Shown here: positions 1 to 9,000 of the stretch, one piece after another
How the letters are laid out: every line of letters begins with the position of its first letter
Position numbering within the stretch: position 1 is the first letter of the stretch
Source of the DNA: an uncultured Desulfobacterales bacterium
Lineage (GTDB): Bacteria; Desulfobacterota; Desulfobacteria; Desulfobacterales; JBDRRP01
DNA length: 64,000 nucleotides
Assembly: GCA_964446485.1 (NCBI GenBank)
Contig: CAYUOU010000008.1
Coordinates: 2,262 to 66,261 of the forward strand
Reading direction: 5' to 3'
Notes under the pieces: generated by a model
Told to the model about the DNA's origin: nothing
The model's database searches: none
The model's input: the letters and a program-made list of their open reading frames with translations, nothing else
Program-made: the position numbers and the translations under genes

Positions 1-82
1 CCCCGGCGATTTTGGCGAGCTGAAAACACCGCGTCGCCTTTTCGTTGTCATCCTCCGCCAAAGTGAACAAAAAATTTGCCAT
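1..82 (-). CDS. partial CDS (5' end only, runs off left edge); possibly DsrE/DsrF-like
   Basis: ATG at 82-80 with GGAGG (rc of 88-92) 5 nt upstream. It reads MANFLFTLAEDDNEKATRCFQLAKIAG to the window edge. The family guess is from memory of DsrE-like N-termini only. Confidence 0.4.
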   Translation of the reverse strand, partial: MANFLFTLAEDDNEKATRCFQLAKIAG

Positions 83-318
83 GGATGCCTCCCTCGGTTG
101 TTGGTGGGTTGCCATTGAAACGACCGCCCCGGCCGCTTGCAGGCCTGGCAAAACAAGTACAGGGGGGAACACGGCGGTGTCAACAATTATGAGCATAGGC
201 TTATTAGCGCCTGTGTCCACATGGCGCGGCGAATGGCTGAGTCAGAGCTGTGTAAACGGTGCGACATGGGCTCATCACTCGACCGGATTGACCAGCGGAG
301 CAAATGCCGGTGAGAGCA

Positions 319-1731
319 CTACTTGCGGCGCAGAAGGTTTTTGGCCGTGCTGATTTCCACGTAGGAAGCCCCGGCCTCGCTTCCGAAATTGCCCGCAAGG
401 ACGGTGACCAGGTCGTCTTCCGTAATGAGTTTTTCTTCCAGTAAACGGCTCACCGCCGCATTTAGAAATTCGTGAGTGCTGAGATCGGGCGTCATGTAGC
501 CGGCATGAACGCCGAATGAGAGGGATAGCTCCCGCATGACCCGGCGGCTGTAGCACTGACCAAAGATGGGGTTCTCGCCCCGGTAGGCCACCAGGCTGAG
601 GATGGTTTTTCCGCTGATGCTGTCCGCGATGAGGGCTTTGGAGTTGAGCCGCAGACCTGATTTGACGGCCGCCTTGGCCAGGTAGCTGGTGACGGTGTTT
701 TCGCTTTCATACGGGGTGTCGGAGAAGCCGACCTGGCTTGACTCCACCTCTTTGGCAATCTTCGCCATCATCTTTACCGACTCGACCGGATAACGGCCGT
801 TCGCGGTTTCACCGGAAAGCATGACAGCGTCGGTGTGATCGAGGATGGCATTGGCCACGTCGGAGACCTCAGCCCGGGTGGGCCGAGGGGCGGTAATCAT
901 GGACTGAAGCATCTGGGTGGCGATGATGACCGGTTTTCGCCGCTCAATGCACTTTCTGACGAGCTGCTTCTGGATGATGGGAATTTTCTCGGCGGGCAGT
1001 TCGATGGCCAGGTCCCCCCGGGCCACCATCACACCGTAGGCGTCATCAAGAATCTCTTCGATATTGGTGACGCCGGCCTCGTTTTCGATCTTGGCGATGA
1101 TCTTAATCTGGCTTCCCCGGGCATCGAGGAGATCCTGGACGGCGCGCACATCGTCTTTGGTGCGCACAAATGAATGCGCGATAAAATCAACCTCCTGGTC
1201 TATGGCAAATGCGATGAAGGCTTTGTCTTTCTCGTTGAGCGACGGCAGGTCGGCGATATGGACGCTGGGCAGGTTGATGCTTTTCTTGGCCTTTATGACA
1301 CCGCCGTTTTGGACTTCGCACTGGAGCGCATCCCCCGTCTTATCCACAACGAGCAGTTCGATGTCGCCGTCGTCAATGAGGATCCGATCGCCCGGATTCA
1401 GGTCTTCGACAAATCGGTCATAAGTGACGGTGATGCAGGGCCCGGTGGTTCCGAGAGAATGATCCACTCGGATGCAGACGATGTCCCGGGCCGCAACGGG
1501 GGTGTCCGGGGTCGCTACAGTGGTCCGGATTTCCGGCCCCTTGGTGTCGATGATGATGGCGATGCGATCCGAAACGGCGCGGACGTTTTCGATAATGGTG
1601 AGCGCCTCTTCGGTCGTTGCGTGGGCGGTGTTGATGCGCACGGCATCCATCCCGGCTTCGTGAAGTTGTTTCAGCAGGTGAGGATCGCACATGCGACTGG
1701 ATATGGTGGCGATGATTTTGGTTTTTTTCAT
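319..1731 (-). CDS. pyk: pyruvate kinase
   Basis: 470 aa starting MKKTKIIATI..., with GMDAVRINTAH and IIIDTKGPEIRT motifs. I trimmed the start from the ORF-track 1854 to the ATG at 1731. Confidence 0.95.
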   Translation of the reverse strand: MKKTKIIATISSRMCDPHLLKQLHEAGMDAVRINTAHATTEEALTIIENVRAVSDRIAIIIDTKGPEIRTTVATPDTPVAARDIVCIRVDHSLGTTGPCITVTYDRFVEDLNPGDRILIDDGDIELLVVDKTGDALQCEVQNGGVIKAKKSINLPSVHIADLPSLNEKDKAFIAFAIDQEVDFIAHSFVRTKDDVRAVQDLLDARGSQIKIIAKIENEAGVTNIEEILDDAYGVMVARGDLAIELPAEKIPIIQKQLVRKCIERRKPVIIATQMLQSMITAPRPTRAEVSDVANAILDHTDAVMLSGETANGRYPVESVKMMAKIAKEVESSQVGFSDTPYESENTVTSYLAKAAVKSGLRLNSKALIADSISGKTILSLVAYRGENPIFGQCYSRRVMRELSLSFGVHAGYMTPDLSTHEFLNAAVSRLLEEKLITEDDLVTVLAGNFGSEAGASYVEISTAKNLLRRK

Positions 1732-1816
1732 GGCGGCAGTTCCTGTTTGCGTTTCTTTTACCATTGCCAAACAATTTCGGGTTGGTCGGCGGTTTTTGCA
1801 ATATAGTGAGACCAGC

Positions 1817-2032
1817 ATGGACGAATCACAGATTATCGACGGACTGAAAATCATCTGCCAGTGCAGGGCCGTCCGTAAGCGGATCTTTCTTGGCCACTTG
1901 GCATCGGGCCATGTCAGTGTCGAGGCGCTTCAGCGGGTCACCGGCGCCGGTTCCGGCGATTGTGAGGGGAAGCGATGCACCCCGCGTATCGAGGCACTAC
2001 TGGCGCAACACCTGGCCAACACTGAGAAATAA
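1817..2032 (+). CDS. BFD-like (2Fe-2S)-binding domain protein
   Basis: 71 aa from the ATG at 1817. CxC (ICQC) and C-x4-C (GDCEGKRC) cysteine pairs are typical of BFD-like 2Fe-2S domains. Confidence 0.65.
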   Translation: MDESQIIDGLKIICQCRAVRKRIFLGHLASGHVSVEALQRVTGAGSGDCEGKRCTPRIEALLAQHLANTEK

Positions 2033-2067
2033 GCCCCACTGCGTTCGTGGTATCGTTTTGAAACGCG

Positions 2068-2826
2068 TCAGGTCTTGCCGGAGCACCTGCCGCACGGCAC
2101 TTCGGATCGACACGGCCGGCGGTGTGGGAGCAGCATGGGGACACACCGCTGATAGCGCAGATAGTCGCTGCCAAAACGGGCCAGCAGATCGCGCTCTTCG
2201 AAGTGTGCGCCCATGACGATCCACAGACTCCACAACAAGTTGAACATCAGTCGGTCCGTGGTCACCGCCGGGTGTGCCCAGATTAACACCAGAGATAGAA
2301 AATACAATGGGTGCCGGACCCAGCGATAAGGGCCCGTTACGGTCAGGAGCGTCGTGGCCCGGCGAATTGGCCCGCCGCTGCCGCGTGTCTGGCGCAAGCC
2401 CAATGGGTCGAAGTCATCCAGCGCCCTGACGCTGAGTGCGAAGCCGATGCCCGTGGCGAAAAACACGGCGCGAAAGGCGAAGTTCCAGGGGCTGGACACT
2501 CGGTATGCCCATTCGTTGCTGGGTTGCCAAAAGCCGACGACAACCAACAGTGCCATTCCGGAGAGAATGCTGTAGAGGGCACCATGCCAGCGCGCGTTGA
2601 GTAACGCAGACAGGCGTCGGCGAAACTCGGGACGGATCATGCCGCTGTGAAGGATAAAAAACGGCAGGCAGATGAAAGTGTCCCAGATGATGGCCCCGGC
2701 CGGGCTGAATCCGAGAGCCACAAAGGACATGGTGCCGGCGTAGAGAAATGCGCCAAAGGCGAGGAGCGATCCGCCGCCGATAATCAGGGACGCGGATAAG
2801 ATGAGGTTCTCTTTGGATAGCTTCAT
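2068..2826 (-). CDS. integral-membrane methyltransferase, ICMT/PEMT/NnrU-like family
   Basis: Multi-TM protein. The C-terminal GPYRWVRHPLYF...FEERDLLARFGSDYLRYQ matches the ICMT/phospholipid methyltransferase signature. Start chosen at the ATG at 2826 (MKLSKEN). Confidence 0.75.
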   Translation of the reverse strand: MKLSKENLILSASLIIGGGSLLAFGAFLYAGTMSFVALGFSPAGAIIWDTFICLPFFILHSGMIRPEFRRRLSALLNARWHGALYSILSGMALLVVVGFWQPSNEWAYRVSSPWNFAFRAVFFATGIGFALSVRALDDFDPLGLRQTRGSGGPIRRATTLLTVTGPYRWVRHPLYFLSLVLIWAHPAVTTDRLMFNLLWSLWIVMGAHFEERDLLARFGSDYLRYQRCVPMLLPHRRPCRSEVPCGRCSGKT

Positions 2827-2902
2827 GTGAGAAATACGTTTCGGTAATGAGCCCATTGGGTGACCGACCTGAACGGCGCGGTGCCGGTATTGCCATCCAA
2901 AA

Positions 2903-2943
2903 AGCAAAAAAAAGCGCTTTCCCACTGGGGGGAAAGCGCTTTT
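2903..2943 (-). terminator. rho-independent terminator downstream of csp
   Basis: Perfect stem AAAGCGCTTTCCC (2911-2923) / GGGAAAGCGCTTT (2930-2942). On the minus strand it is followed by a T8+ run (A-run 2903-2913 on plus). Confidence 0.85.
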
Positions 2944-2961
2944 CCAATCCGATCGGGAAGG

Positions 2962-3162
2962 TTAGACGACGGTGACGTTTTCTGCCGCCGGGCCTTTTTT
3001 ACCTTCAACGATGTCAAAGGTTACGCGGTCGCCCTCGTTGAGGGATTTGAAACCAGCGCCGTTGATGCCAGTGTGATGTACGAATACATCCGGCCCATCT
3101 TCTTGCTCGATGAAACCGAAACCCTTGGCGTCGTTAAACCATTTTACAATGCCGTTTGCCAT
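2962..3162 (-). CDS. cold-shock protein, CspA family
   Basis: 66 aa, [30 protein letters not shown], carrying RNP1/RNP2 motifs. AGGAGG RBS lies upstream. Confidence 0.97.
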   Translation of the reverse strand: MANGIVKWFNDAKGFGFIEQEDGPDVFVHHTGINGAGFKSLNEGDRVTFDIVEGKKGPAAENVTVV

Positions 3163-3291
3163 GCTGCCATCCTCCTTTCATAATAATTTTCTCAAAGTCT
3201 CACACTGGAGGATGCCGCGCAAACAACATTGGGGTACCTTCAGACTGAAACCGGCCCGCCAACTCTGGCCGGACCTTTATTGATTGACGGA

Positions 3292-3320
3292 AAGATAATC
3301 GCTCTTTTTTCAAAATGCAA
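3292..3320 (-). promoter_or_regulatory. candidate sigma70 promoter for csp with ~130 nt 5' leader
   Basis: Minus strand TTGCAT (3320-3315), 17 nt spacer, TATCTT (3297-3292). The long leader contains the hairpin CCGGCC...GGCCGG, as is common for csp genes. Confidence 0.4.
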
Positions 3321-3692
3321 GCAAAAAGAGTGAGATGGATTGTTTCCCCCTCTGCAGCGGACGTACGGGTGCAATGCGCTTTTCGAAGAATTCCCGCCTG
3401 CGCGTTGACGGGACGCTTCACTGCGAAAGACTCCCCGCAGGGTACCGCATCGATTCCCGGTGTCGGTGTGGCGACGCGGGAGCGCCGCCGCGAGGTCTTT
3501 TTGTGTCGCTGCAAGGTCTTGTTTGCAGGCGGTCCGGCCAGTCCGGTGCGTTGTTTACCCCATAGCGGCAGCTGGGCAGTCTGGTCCAAACACAAGTTAC
3601 ATGCTAAGTTGATGCCCACTCAATCACATTGGATCAACGACTTGATTGACACGACTTCCGAAAACGCATCTCGATCTATCCAACCGCTACTG

Positions 3693-4463
3693 ATGGCTCG
3701 TGGAAGACTGGGCTTATGGGGGGTTGCCGTTACCATAGTACTGATGCTAACCGCATGTGTCGGGCCGCAGTCGGTGGCGCCGGCGCCGCAAAAGCCGCCC
3801 GCCGCCGCACCACCGGCACTGCCACTCGAAACCATTCGCTACACCATTCAGGTCGGGGCTTTTTCAACTCCGGAAAGGGCCGCCGCCTACGAGGAGAGAC
3901 TGGCGGCTGATGGTGTCGACGCCTACTACTTCATCGACACGGATCAACTCAGCAAGGTGCGCTTCGGCCGATTCGATTCCAAGGCGGCGGCGCAAAAGTA
4001 TGCCGGCGGTCTGGTCGCCAGAGGCGTCATCGACGATTTCTATATCGTCCGTCCCCGGTCAACAGGTACTGACAGCGCGTCGCATACCATCCTGCGGAAA
4101 AACCTCATTGCCACCGCTCGCCGCTTCATCGGCACCCCCTATCAATGGGGCGGCGCATCGGCCAGCGTTGGCTTCGACTGCAGCGGGTTGACCATGACGG
4201 TCTATCGTCTGAATGGGCTTGAGTTGCCCCGCACCGCGCGAGCTCAGTATCGCGCCGGGTCTGCCGTTGAAAAGGAAACCCTTCAGGCCGGTGATTTGGT
4301 ATTTTTCCGGACCGGCAGTTACGGTCGCATCTCCCACGTCGGTATTTACAGCGGCGGGGGGCGTTTCATTCACGCCCCTGGCAGCGGAAAGACCATCCGG
4401 AGCGCTTTTTTAGATAATGACTATTTTAAGTCACGATTCGCCGGGGCTTGCCGTTACTTTTGA
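3693..4463 (+). CDS. lipoprotein with SPOR domain and C-terminal NlpC/P60 peptidoglycan endopeptidase domain
   Basis: Signal peptide with lipobox LTAC. SPOR-like YTIQVGAFSTPERAAAYEERL. NlpC/P60 core YQWGGAS..GFDCSGL...HVGIY. Alternative start ATG at 3612; the ORF-track start at 3315 is unlikely. Confidence 0.85.
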   Translation: MARGRLGLWGVAVTIVLMLTACVGPQSVAPAPQKPPAAAPPALPLETIRYTIQVGAFSTPERAAAYEERLAADGVDAYYFIDTDQLSKVRFGRFDSKAAAQKYAGGLVARGVIDDFYIVRPRSTGTDSASHTILRKNLIATARRFIGTPYQWGGASASVGFDCSGLTMTVYRLNGLELPRTARAQYRAGSAVEKETLQAGDLVFFRTGSYGRISHVGIYSGGGRFIHAPGSGKTIRSAFLDNDYFKSRFAGACRYF

Positions 4464-4671
4464 GGACCGTTTCATATGTCGCATTCTGTGGCGGCAGTAC
4501 CTATCGGTTAATGTCCATTTCCCCGAAATCCGCCAGCAGGGAGTTCTCAGCCGATCCTTTCAACCGGTTGCGCGTCAGGAAAACAGCCATCGGGTGGCCT
4601 TTGCGAGCAATGACGTCGCCGTAAGTCCGCCGACCCACAAGGCTGAAAACCACAACCATTGGCGCTGCTTC

Positions 4672-5694
4672 TCAGTAAGCGCTCTCATGAGACGCCTTTC
4701 CTCTGAACAGGTAATAACAATAGGCCGTATACGCCAACACCACCGGGAGCATTACCGCCGTGCCCACCAACAGCAGCGACTGGGATTCGGGGGCCGCAGC
4801 GGCGCGGGTAAACGTTACGGCAAAGGGCACCAGGTATGGCCACATGCTGATGCCGATACCGAAGTAGCCGGCCAAAAAGATGCCAATGCTGAAAAAAAAC
4901 GGTCGGTATTCGTAGCCGCGGTGCAGGTCACGCCAGACGAAGATGAACAGTGCAGCGGTGAGTATCGGCACGGGCAGCAGGTAGAAAAAGGTGGGCACGC
5001 CAAACCACAATTCCCTCACCGTAATGTCCATTGTGGGCATGCTGATGGATACGACAGCCATGAATGCGGCCACCCACGCTAAAACGTACGCGGCGCTCTG
5101 GCGTGCCCAATGCTGAGTCTCCCCATCCGTCTTCATGACCAGCCACGTAGCCCCCAGCAGTGCGTATCCGAACACCAGAGCGGTTCCCGTCATAACGCTG
5201 TAGGCACTTAACCAGTCGAAGGCGCCGCCCGCGAAGCGTCGATCGGCGACTTCCACGCCCTGCACCACCGTTCCGATAATGACGCCCTGCATGAAGGCCG
5301 CCAGCAGTGACCCGATGTGAAAGGCCGCATCCCACGCGCGTCGGGAGCGGTGCGCTTTGAACCGAAATTCAAACGCCACGCCCCTGAAGATCAATCCCAG
5401 CAGCATAAAGGTCACCGGCAGGTAAAGGGCCGGCATCAGGATGGAATAGGCCAGCGGGAACGCCGCAAACAGACCGCCGCCCCCCAACACGAGCCAGGTT
5501 TCGTTGCCGTCCCAAAACGGGGCGATGGAATTCATCATTCGACTGCGGCAGTTCTCTGACGGCGCGAAGGGGAACAGAATGCCCACGCCAAGGTCGAATC
5601 CGTCCAAAATCACATACAGAATTATCGCGGTGATGATGAGTGCGTACCAGATGAGGGGCAGATTCAGGTAAGGCTCAAGACTGAACATGGTCAC
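4672..5694 (-). CDS. cydB: cytochrome bd ubiquinol oxidase subunit II
   Basis: 340 aa polytopic membrane protein with a typical CydB N-terminus (LPLIWYALIITAIILYVILDGFDLGVG). It overlaps the cydA stop. Alternative start ATG at 5688. Confidence 0.93.
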   Translation of the reverse strand: MTMFSLEPYLNLPLIWYALIITAIILYVILDGFDLGVGILFPFAPSENCRSRMMNSIAPFWDGNETWLVLGGGGLFAAFPLAYSILMPALYLPVTFMLLGLIFRGVAFEFRFKAHRSRRAWDAAFHIGSLLAAFMQGVIIGTVVQGVEVADRRFAGGAFDWLSAYSVMTGTALVFGYALLGATWLVMKTDGETQHWARQSAAYVLAWVAAFMAVVSISMPTMDITVRELWFGVPTFFYLLPVPILTAALFIFVWRDLHRGYEYRPFFFSIGIFLAGYFGIGISMWPYLVPFAVTFTRAAAAPESQSLLLVGTAVMLPVVLAYTAYCYYLFRGKASHESAY

Positions 5695-7084
5695 CTCCCT
5701 GCTCCGTCACGCGGGCGGTGACGATGGGCGGCGTTGCGACGCCGTGATCCCCGTAGGTTTCCGTCGCGGGCACCGGCCCCTTGGCGATGAGCTTTAGAAT
5801 GTAGTAGACGCCGGCGCCAAAGACGATGGCATAGGTGAAGACGAATGCCGACAGGGACAACACGATGGACGGCCCCAGCACCGGCGAGGCCGCCTCGGCG
5901 GTGCGCATGACGCCATAGACGATGTATGGCTGGCGGCCGATTTCGGTGACGAACCAGCCCGCGAGCACAGCGATGAAGCCTGATGGTGTCAACGCCATGC
6001 ACCACAGTTGAAACCACCGGGTGTCGAACAGCCGCTTTCTGTAGGTGAGCACCAAGGCCACCACACCGGTGGCGATCATGAGCATCCCGATGCCAACCAT
6101 GATCCGGAAACTCCAGAAAACCCAGGCCACCGGCGGGCGTTCATCCTTAGGCCATGCCTTCAATCCCTTCACCTCCCCGTCGAGATCATGGGTGAGGATG
6201 AAGCTGGAGAGTTTCGGGATGCTCACCGCATAGCGGGTGGTTTCCATCTCCTGATCCGGCCATCCGAAAAGCAGCAGCGGTGCGCCGCGCTGGGTTTCCC
6301 ACAGCCCTTCCATGGCCGCCACCTTGGCCGGCTGGTGCTTGAGCGTGTTGAGCCCGTGAAGATCGCCCATCACCAACTGAAGGGGGGCAACGAACACCGC
6401 CATGATCATGGCCATGGCAAACATGATGCGCGCATGTCGCCCGTGGCGTCGTCGCCACAGGTAAAACCCGGAAACACCGGCCACCACGAAAGCGGTGGTG
6501 AGGTATGCCGCGATGGTCATGTGGACAAACCGGTAAGGAAAAGATGGGTTGAAGATGACGGCAAGCCAGTCCGTGGGGTACAGAAGGCCGTCTTCGCCGG
6601 TCCGGAACCCCTGAGGGGTCTGCATCCAACTGTTGGCTGAAAGTATCCAGAATGCCGAGATGAGCGTCCCGGCGGCTACGATGACGGTGGATGCGAAATG
6701 CATCTTCGGGCTCACACGGTCCCATCCAAACAGCATGACGCCGAGAAAGGACGCCTCCAGAAAGAACGCCGTGAGGACCTCATAGCCCAGCAGCGGCCCC
6801 AAGACATTTCCCGCCCGATCACTGAAGGCCGACCAATTGGTTCCGAATTGGAAGCTCATGACCACGCCCGACACCACGCCCATACCAAAAGCCACGGCGA
6901 ATATCTTCACCCACATGCGGTAAATGTCGGCATACAGCGTGTTGCCGGTTTTGAGATATCGCCATTCAAGCACCGCCAGCCAGCTGGCGAGCCCGATGGT
7001 GAACGCCGGAAATAGGATGTGGAATGATATGGTGAAAGCGAATTGCAAGCGAGCTAAAATGAGTGGATCGATGCCGTCGATCAT
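5675..7084 (-). CDS. cydA: cytochrome bd ubiquinol oxidase subunit I
   Basis: 469 aa, LSRLQFAFTISFH-type N-terminus (ARLQFAFTISFHILFPAF) and GWFVTEIGRQPY motif. AGGAGG RBS at 7091-7096 (rc). Confidence 0.95.
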   Translation of the reverse strand: MIDGIDPLILARLQFAFTISFHILFPAFTIGLASWLAVLEWRYLKTGNTLYADIYRMWVKIFAVAFGMGVVSGVVMSFQFGTNWSAFSDRAGNVLGPLLGYEVLTAFFLEASFLGVMLFGWDRVSPKMHFASTVIVAAGTLISAFWILSANSWMQTPQGFRTGEDGLLYPTDWLAVIFNPSFPYRFVHMTIAAYLTTAFVVAGVSGFYLWRRRHGRHARIMFAMAMIMAVFVAPLQLVMGDLHGLNTLKHQPAKVAAMEGLWETQRGAPLLLFGWPDQEMETTRYAVSIPKLSSFILTHDLDGEVKGLKAWPKDERPPVAWVFWSFRIMVGIGMLMIATGVVALVLTYRKRLFDTRWFQLWCMALTPSGFIAVLAGWFVTEIGRQPYIVYGVMRTAEAASPVLGPSIVLSLSAFVFTYAIVFGAGVYYILKLIAKGPVPATETYGDHGVATPPIVTARVTEQGGDHVQS

Positions 7085-7096
7085 GAGCGCTCCTCC

Positions 7097-7151
7097 TTTT
7101 TAACCAACCCGGCGCCCGGTGCCGTTTTAACCACTCAGGCGCCCGGTGCCG
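7097..7151. repeat. tandem direct repeat (28 + 27 bp) in the cydAB 5' leader
   Basis: tttttaaccaacccggcgcccggtgccg (7097-7124) is followed by ttttaaccactcaggcgcccggtgccg (7125-7151). That is about 24/27 identical, and the repeat abuts the cydA RBS. Confidence 0.8.
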
Positions 7152-7197
7152 TGACCTCGGTTGGCCCGGCGCCGACTCACCGATTTGAAGTTAGGCA

Positions 7198-7226
7198 ACT
7201 ATTTGACAACACTTAGACAATGTCAA
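7198..7226 (-). promoter_or_regulatory. candidate sigma70 promoter for cydAB embedded in a TTGACA/TGTCAA dyad
   Basis: Minus strand TTGACA (7226-7221), 17 nt spacer, AATAGT (7203-7198). The plus strand carries a mirror TTGACA at 7203-7208, giving the dyad TTGACA-N12-TGTCAA. Confidence 0.45.
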
Positions 7227-7248
7227 GCCACGGCGCTACCGTTAACGC

Positions 7249-7659
7249 ATGACCCGGCAAACTCATGAAATTAAACACGTGGCCCGGCTCACGGGGCTCA
7301 ACCCGCATCGGATTCGTGCGTGGGAACGCCGCTACGGCGCGGTGAACCCAGGAATAAGTCCAACAAATAGAAGGTGTTACAATGAAAACGACATTAACCG
7401 CCTGTTGCTGCTGCGCCGTGCGGTGGCACCTGGCCACCGCATTGTCCGATTGGATGACAACGTTCTTGGAAACCTTGCCGGTGCCAATGAGGCGGTGTAT
7501 GAAGTCCTCAATTCAGGGCCCAAAAAATTAGATCAAACACTCCGCGATGCGGCCTTCGATGCGGCAAAAAATTCAGATATTCGGTGGTGTTGGGACCTGG
7601 ATGCTTTCCGTGGAGGGCTCGAAGCGTTGGCCCTTCAGGCCGAATCGAGGCCCGCATGA
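7249..7659 (+). CDS. MerR-family HTH transcriptional regulator
   Basis: 136 aa. The N-terminal IKHVARLTGLNPHRIRAWERRYG...RRCYNENDINRLLLLRR is a MerR-type HTH. Its stop overlaps the next start (ATGA at 7656-7659). Confidence 0.75.
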   Translation: MTRQTHEIKHVARLTGLNPHRIRAWERRYGAVNPGISPTNRRCYNENDINRLLLLRRAVAPGHRIVRLDDNVLGNLAGANEAVYEVLNSGPKKLDQTLRDAAFDAAKNSDIRWCWDLDAFRGGLEALALQAESRPA

Positions 7660-8183
7660 TAGTAGGCCCAGACGACCGTGCGGCCGGGGCCATCGCCGGC
7701 CTGTTTATCGGCGATGCGTTGGCCATGCCGGTTCACTGGTATTACGATACCGGGAGGCTGTTGGCGGATTATGGATGGGTGGCCGGTTACCTCGCGCCTA
7801 AAAATCCCCACCCGGACAGCATTTTGTGGCGATCGCGGTTTCCTTCGCCGGGAGCGGGATTCGACATCCTTCACGAGCAGCGCCAATATTGGGGGACGCC
7901 TGGAATCCACTACCACCAGTTTCTCGAAGCCGGCGAGAATACGCTCAACCTGCAGTGCGCGCGACTGCTCATGGACGTCCTGGAAGATAACGGCGAGTAC
8001 CGGCCAGAAGATTATCTGAACCGTTACATCGATTTTATGACTACCCCCGGGCGGTGCGATGAGCATCACCCCAAGGCGCGTGTCATGCCGGCCCGAAAGA
8101 TGCTTCGAAGAGCTGCCGCAGTGCCTGTCGTCCATCCTCGGAAAGATGTCGCGTGCCGGTTCCCACGAACGTTTTGTGGCTGA
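7656..8183 (+). pseudogene. ADP-ribosylglycohydrolase family, C-terminally truncated (only about the first 133 aa are family-like)
   Basis: DRAAGAIAGLFIGDALAMPVHWYY is a typical ARH N-terminus. Similarity ends near 8054 (..DFMTTPGR). The remaining 40 codons run antisense into the convergent gene (101 nt overlap). Full-length ARHs are about 280-350 aa. Confidence 0.55.
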
Positions 8184-8640
8184 CCACCGGTGTCTCTGGC
8201 TCCCATCGGCCTTCTTTCCAGGCGAACCACCCTTTGCGTTCCTGATCGTAGACGGAGATAGGGCGGTTGAAGAGCCTGGCGAGTTCCACGGCCCAGCCGG
8301 TGCCGCCTTTGACCGTGTCGTCATCCTGTATCCACCCAACCACCATCACCTGGTAGCCGTTGTTGACCATATGAAAAATGCTTTGGATGACTTTGCGGAT
8401 CTTGTCCGCTTGAGAAAAATTGCGGCCCAGTCGCGCAGAAACGATTTCCATGCTCACATTGCCTTTGTCGAGCTCTTGCGGACTCAGCACCCGAACCACC
8501 CCTCGGGTGCGCTCGATATTGTGCCCTTTGAATGAGAAATGAACCTCCTGGATGCCCCATTCTTCCGCCAACCGGCCGAATTCCGAATCGGCGCCCTTGT
8601 GCCCGCCGCTGTAAAGCGTGATCTCCTTGCGCGCTGCCAT
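8083..8640 (-). CDS. hypothetical protein with DprA/LOG/SLOG-like Rossmann loop
   Basis: 185 aa from the ATG at 8640, with GGGAG RBS. ITLYSGGHKGADSEFGRLAEEWGI resembles the GGxxGxD loop of DUF2493/SLOG-type proteins. This is recollection, not a search result. Confidence 0.6.
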   Translation of the reverse strand: MAARKEITLYSGGHKGADSEFGRLAEEWGIQEVHFSFKGHNIERTRGVVRVLSPQELDKGNVSMEIVSARLGRNFSQADKIRKVIQSIFHMVNNGYQVMVVGWIQDDDTVKGGTGWAVELARLFNRPISVYDQERKGWFAWKEGRWEPETPVVSHKTFVGTGTRHLSEDGRQALRQLFEASFGPA

Positions 8641-9000
8641 GTGTGTCTCCCTGTCGAATAACGGTTTTGATATGTTATCACCCCTGCCTCGCAAACGGGT
8701 GAAACCAAAAGGGACTACAATAAGGCGCGCGGTCGACATTACAACCGCCAAGCTTGCGATTTCGCAAAAAACATTATCCGGTTCTCTGTGAAGCACCAGC
8801 TGGGGAGGGGTATTGATGGATGGAGACAGCGTAAACAATTCGCTCGGATGGTTTCTGCCTGCACCGACAGTGGATTTGTCTTTTTTTTCTGTGCACCACG
8901 GCGGCAATGCATTAAAGTTGATGAAACGGTAAAAAGTAGCAAAGTTTATCCTGCCCGGGACGATGACGAAGATGACAAGACCCTTCTGGAGGTTGGCATC

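Noticed and set aside
3315-3692. N-terminal 126-codon extension of the NlpC/P60 lipoprotein ORF. The same kind of extension occurs at 8788-9000, 41569-41877, 36727-36873 and 48095-48166.
   Set aside because: The extensions are Arg/Cys-rich and not protein-like. Internal ATGs with good RBSs coincide with the family N-termini or signal peptides.
4501-4659. 52-codon ORF starting 12 nt after the cydB stop, considered as a CydX/CydS-type small subunit.
   Set aside because: The peptide (MVVVFSLVGRRTYGDVIARKGHPMAV...) is not a hydrophobic single-TM peptide like CydX. There is no SD, and a chance ORF is plausible in this GC context.
7203-7248. A MerR-style promoter (long 19 bp spacer with dyad) for the MerR gene using the plus-strand TTGACA at 7203.
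   Set aside because: No acceptable -10 hexamer exists at 17-20 nt downstream on the plus strand. The dyad is better explained as part of the minus-strand cydAB promoter/operator.
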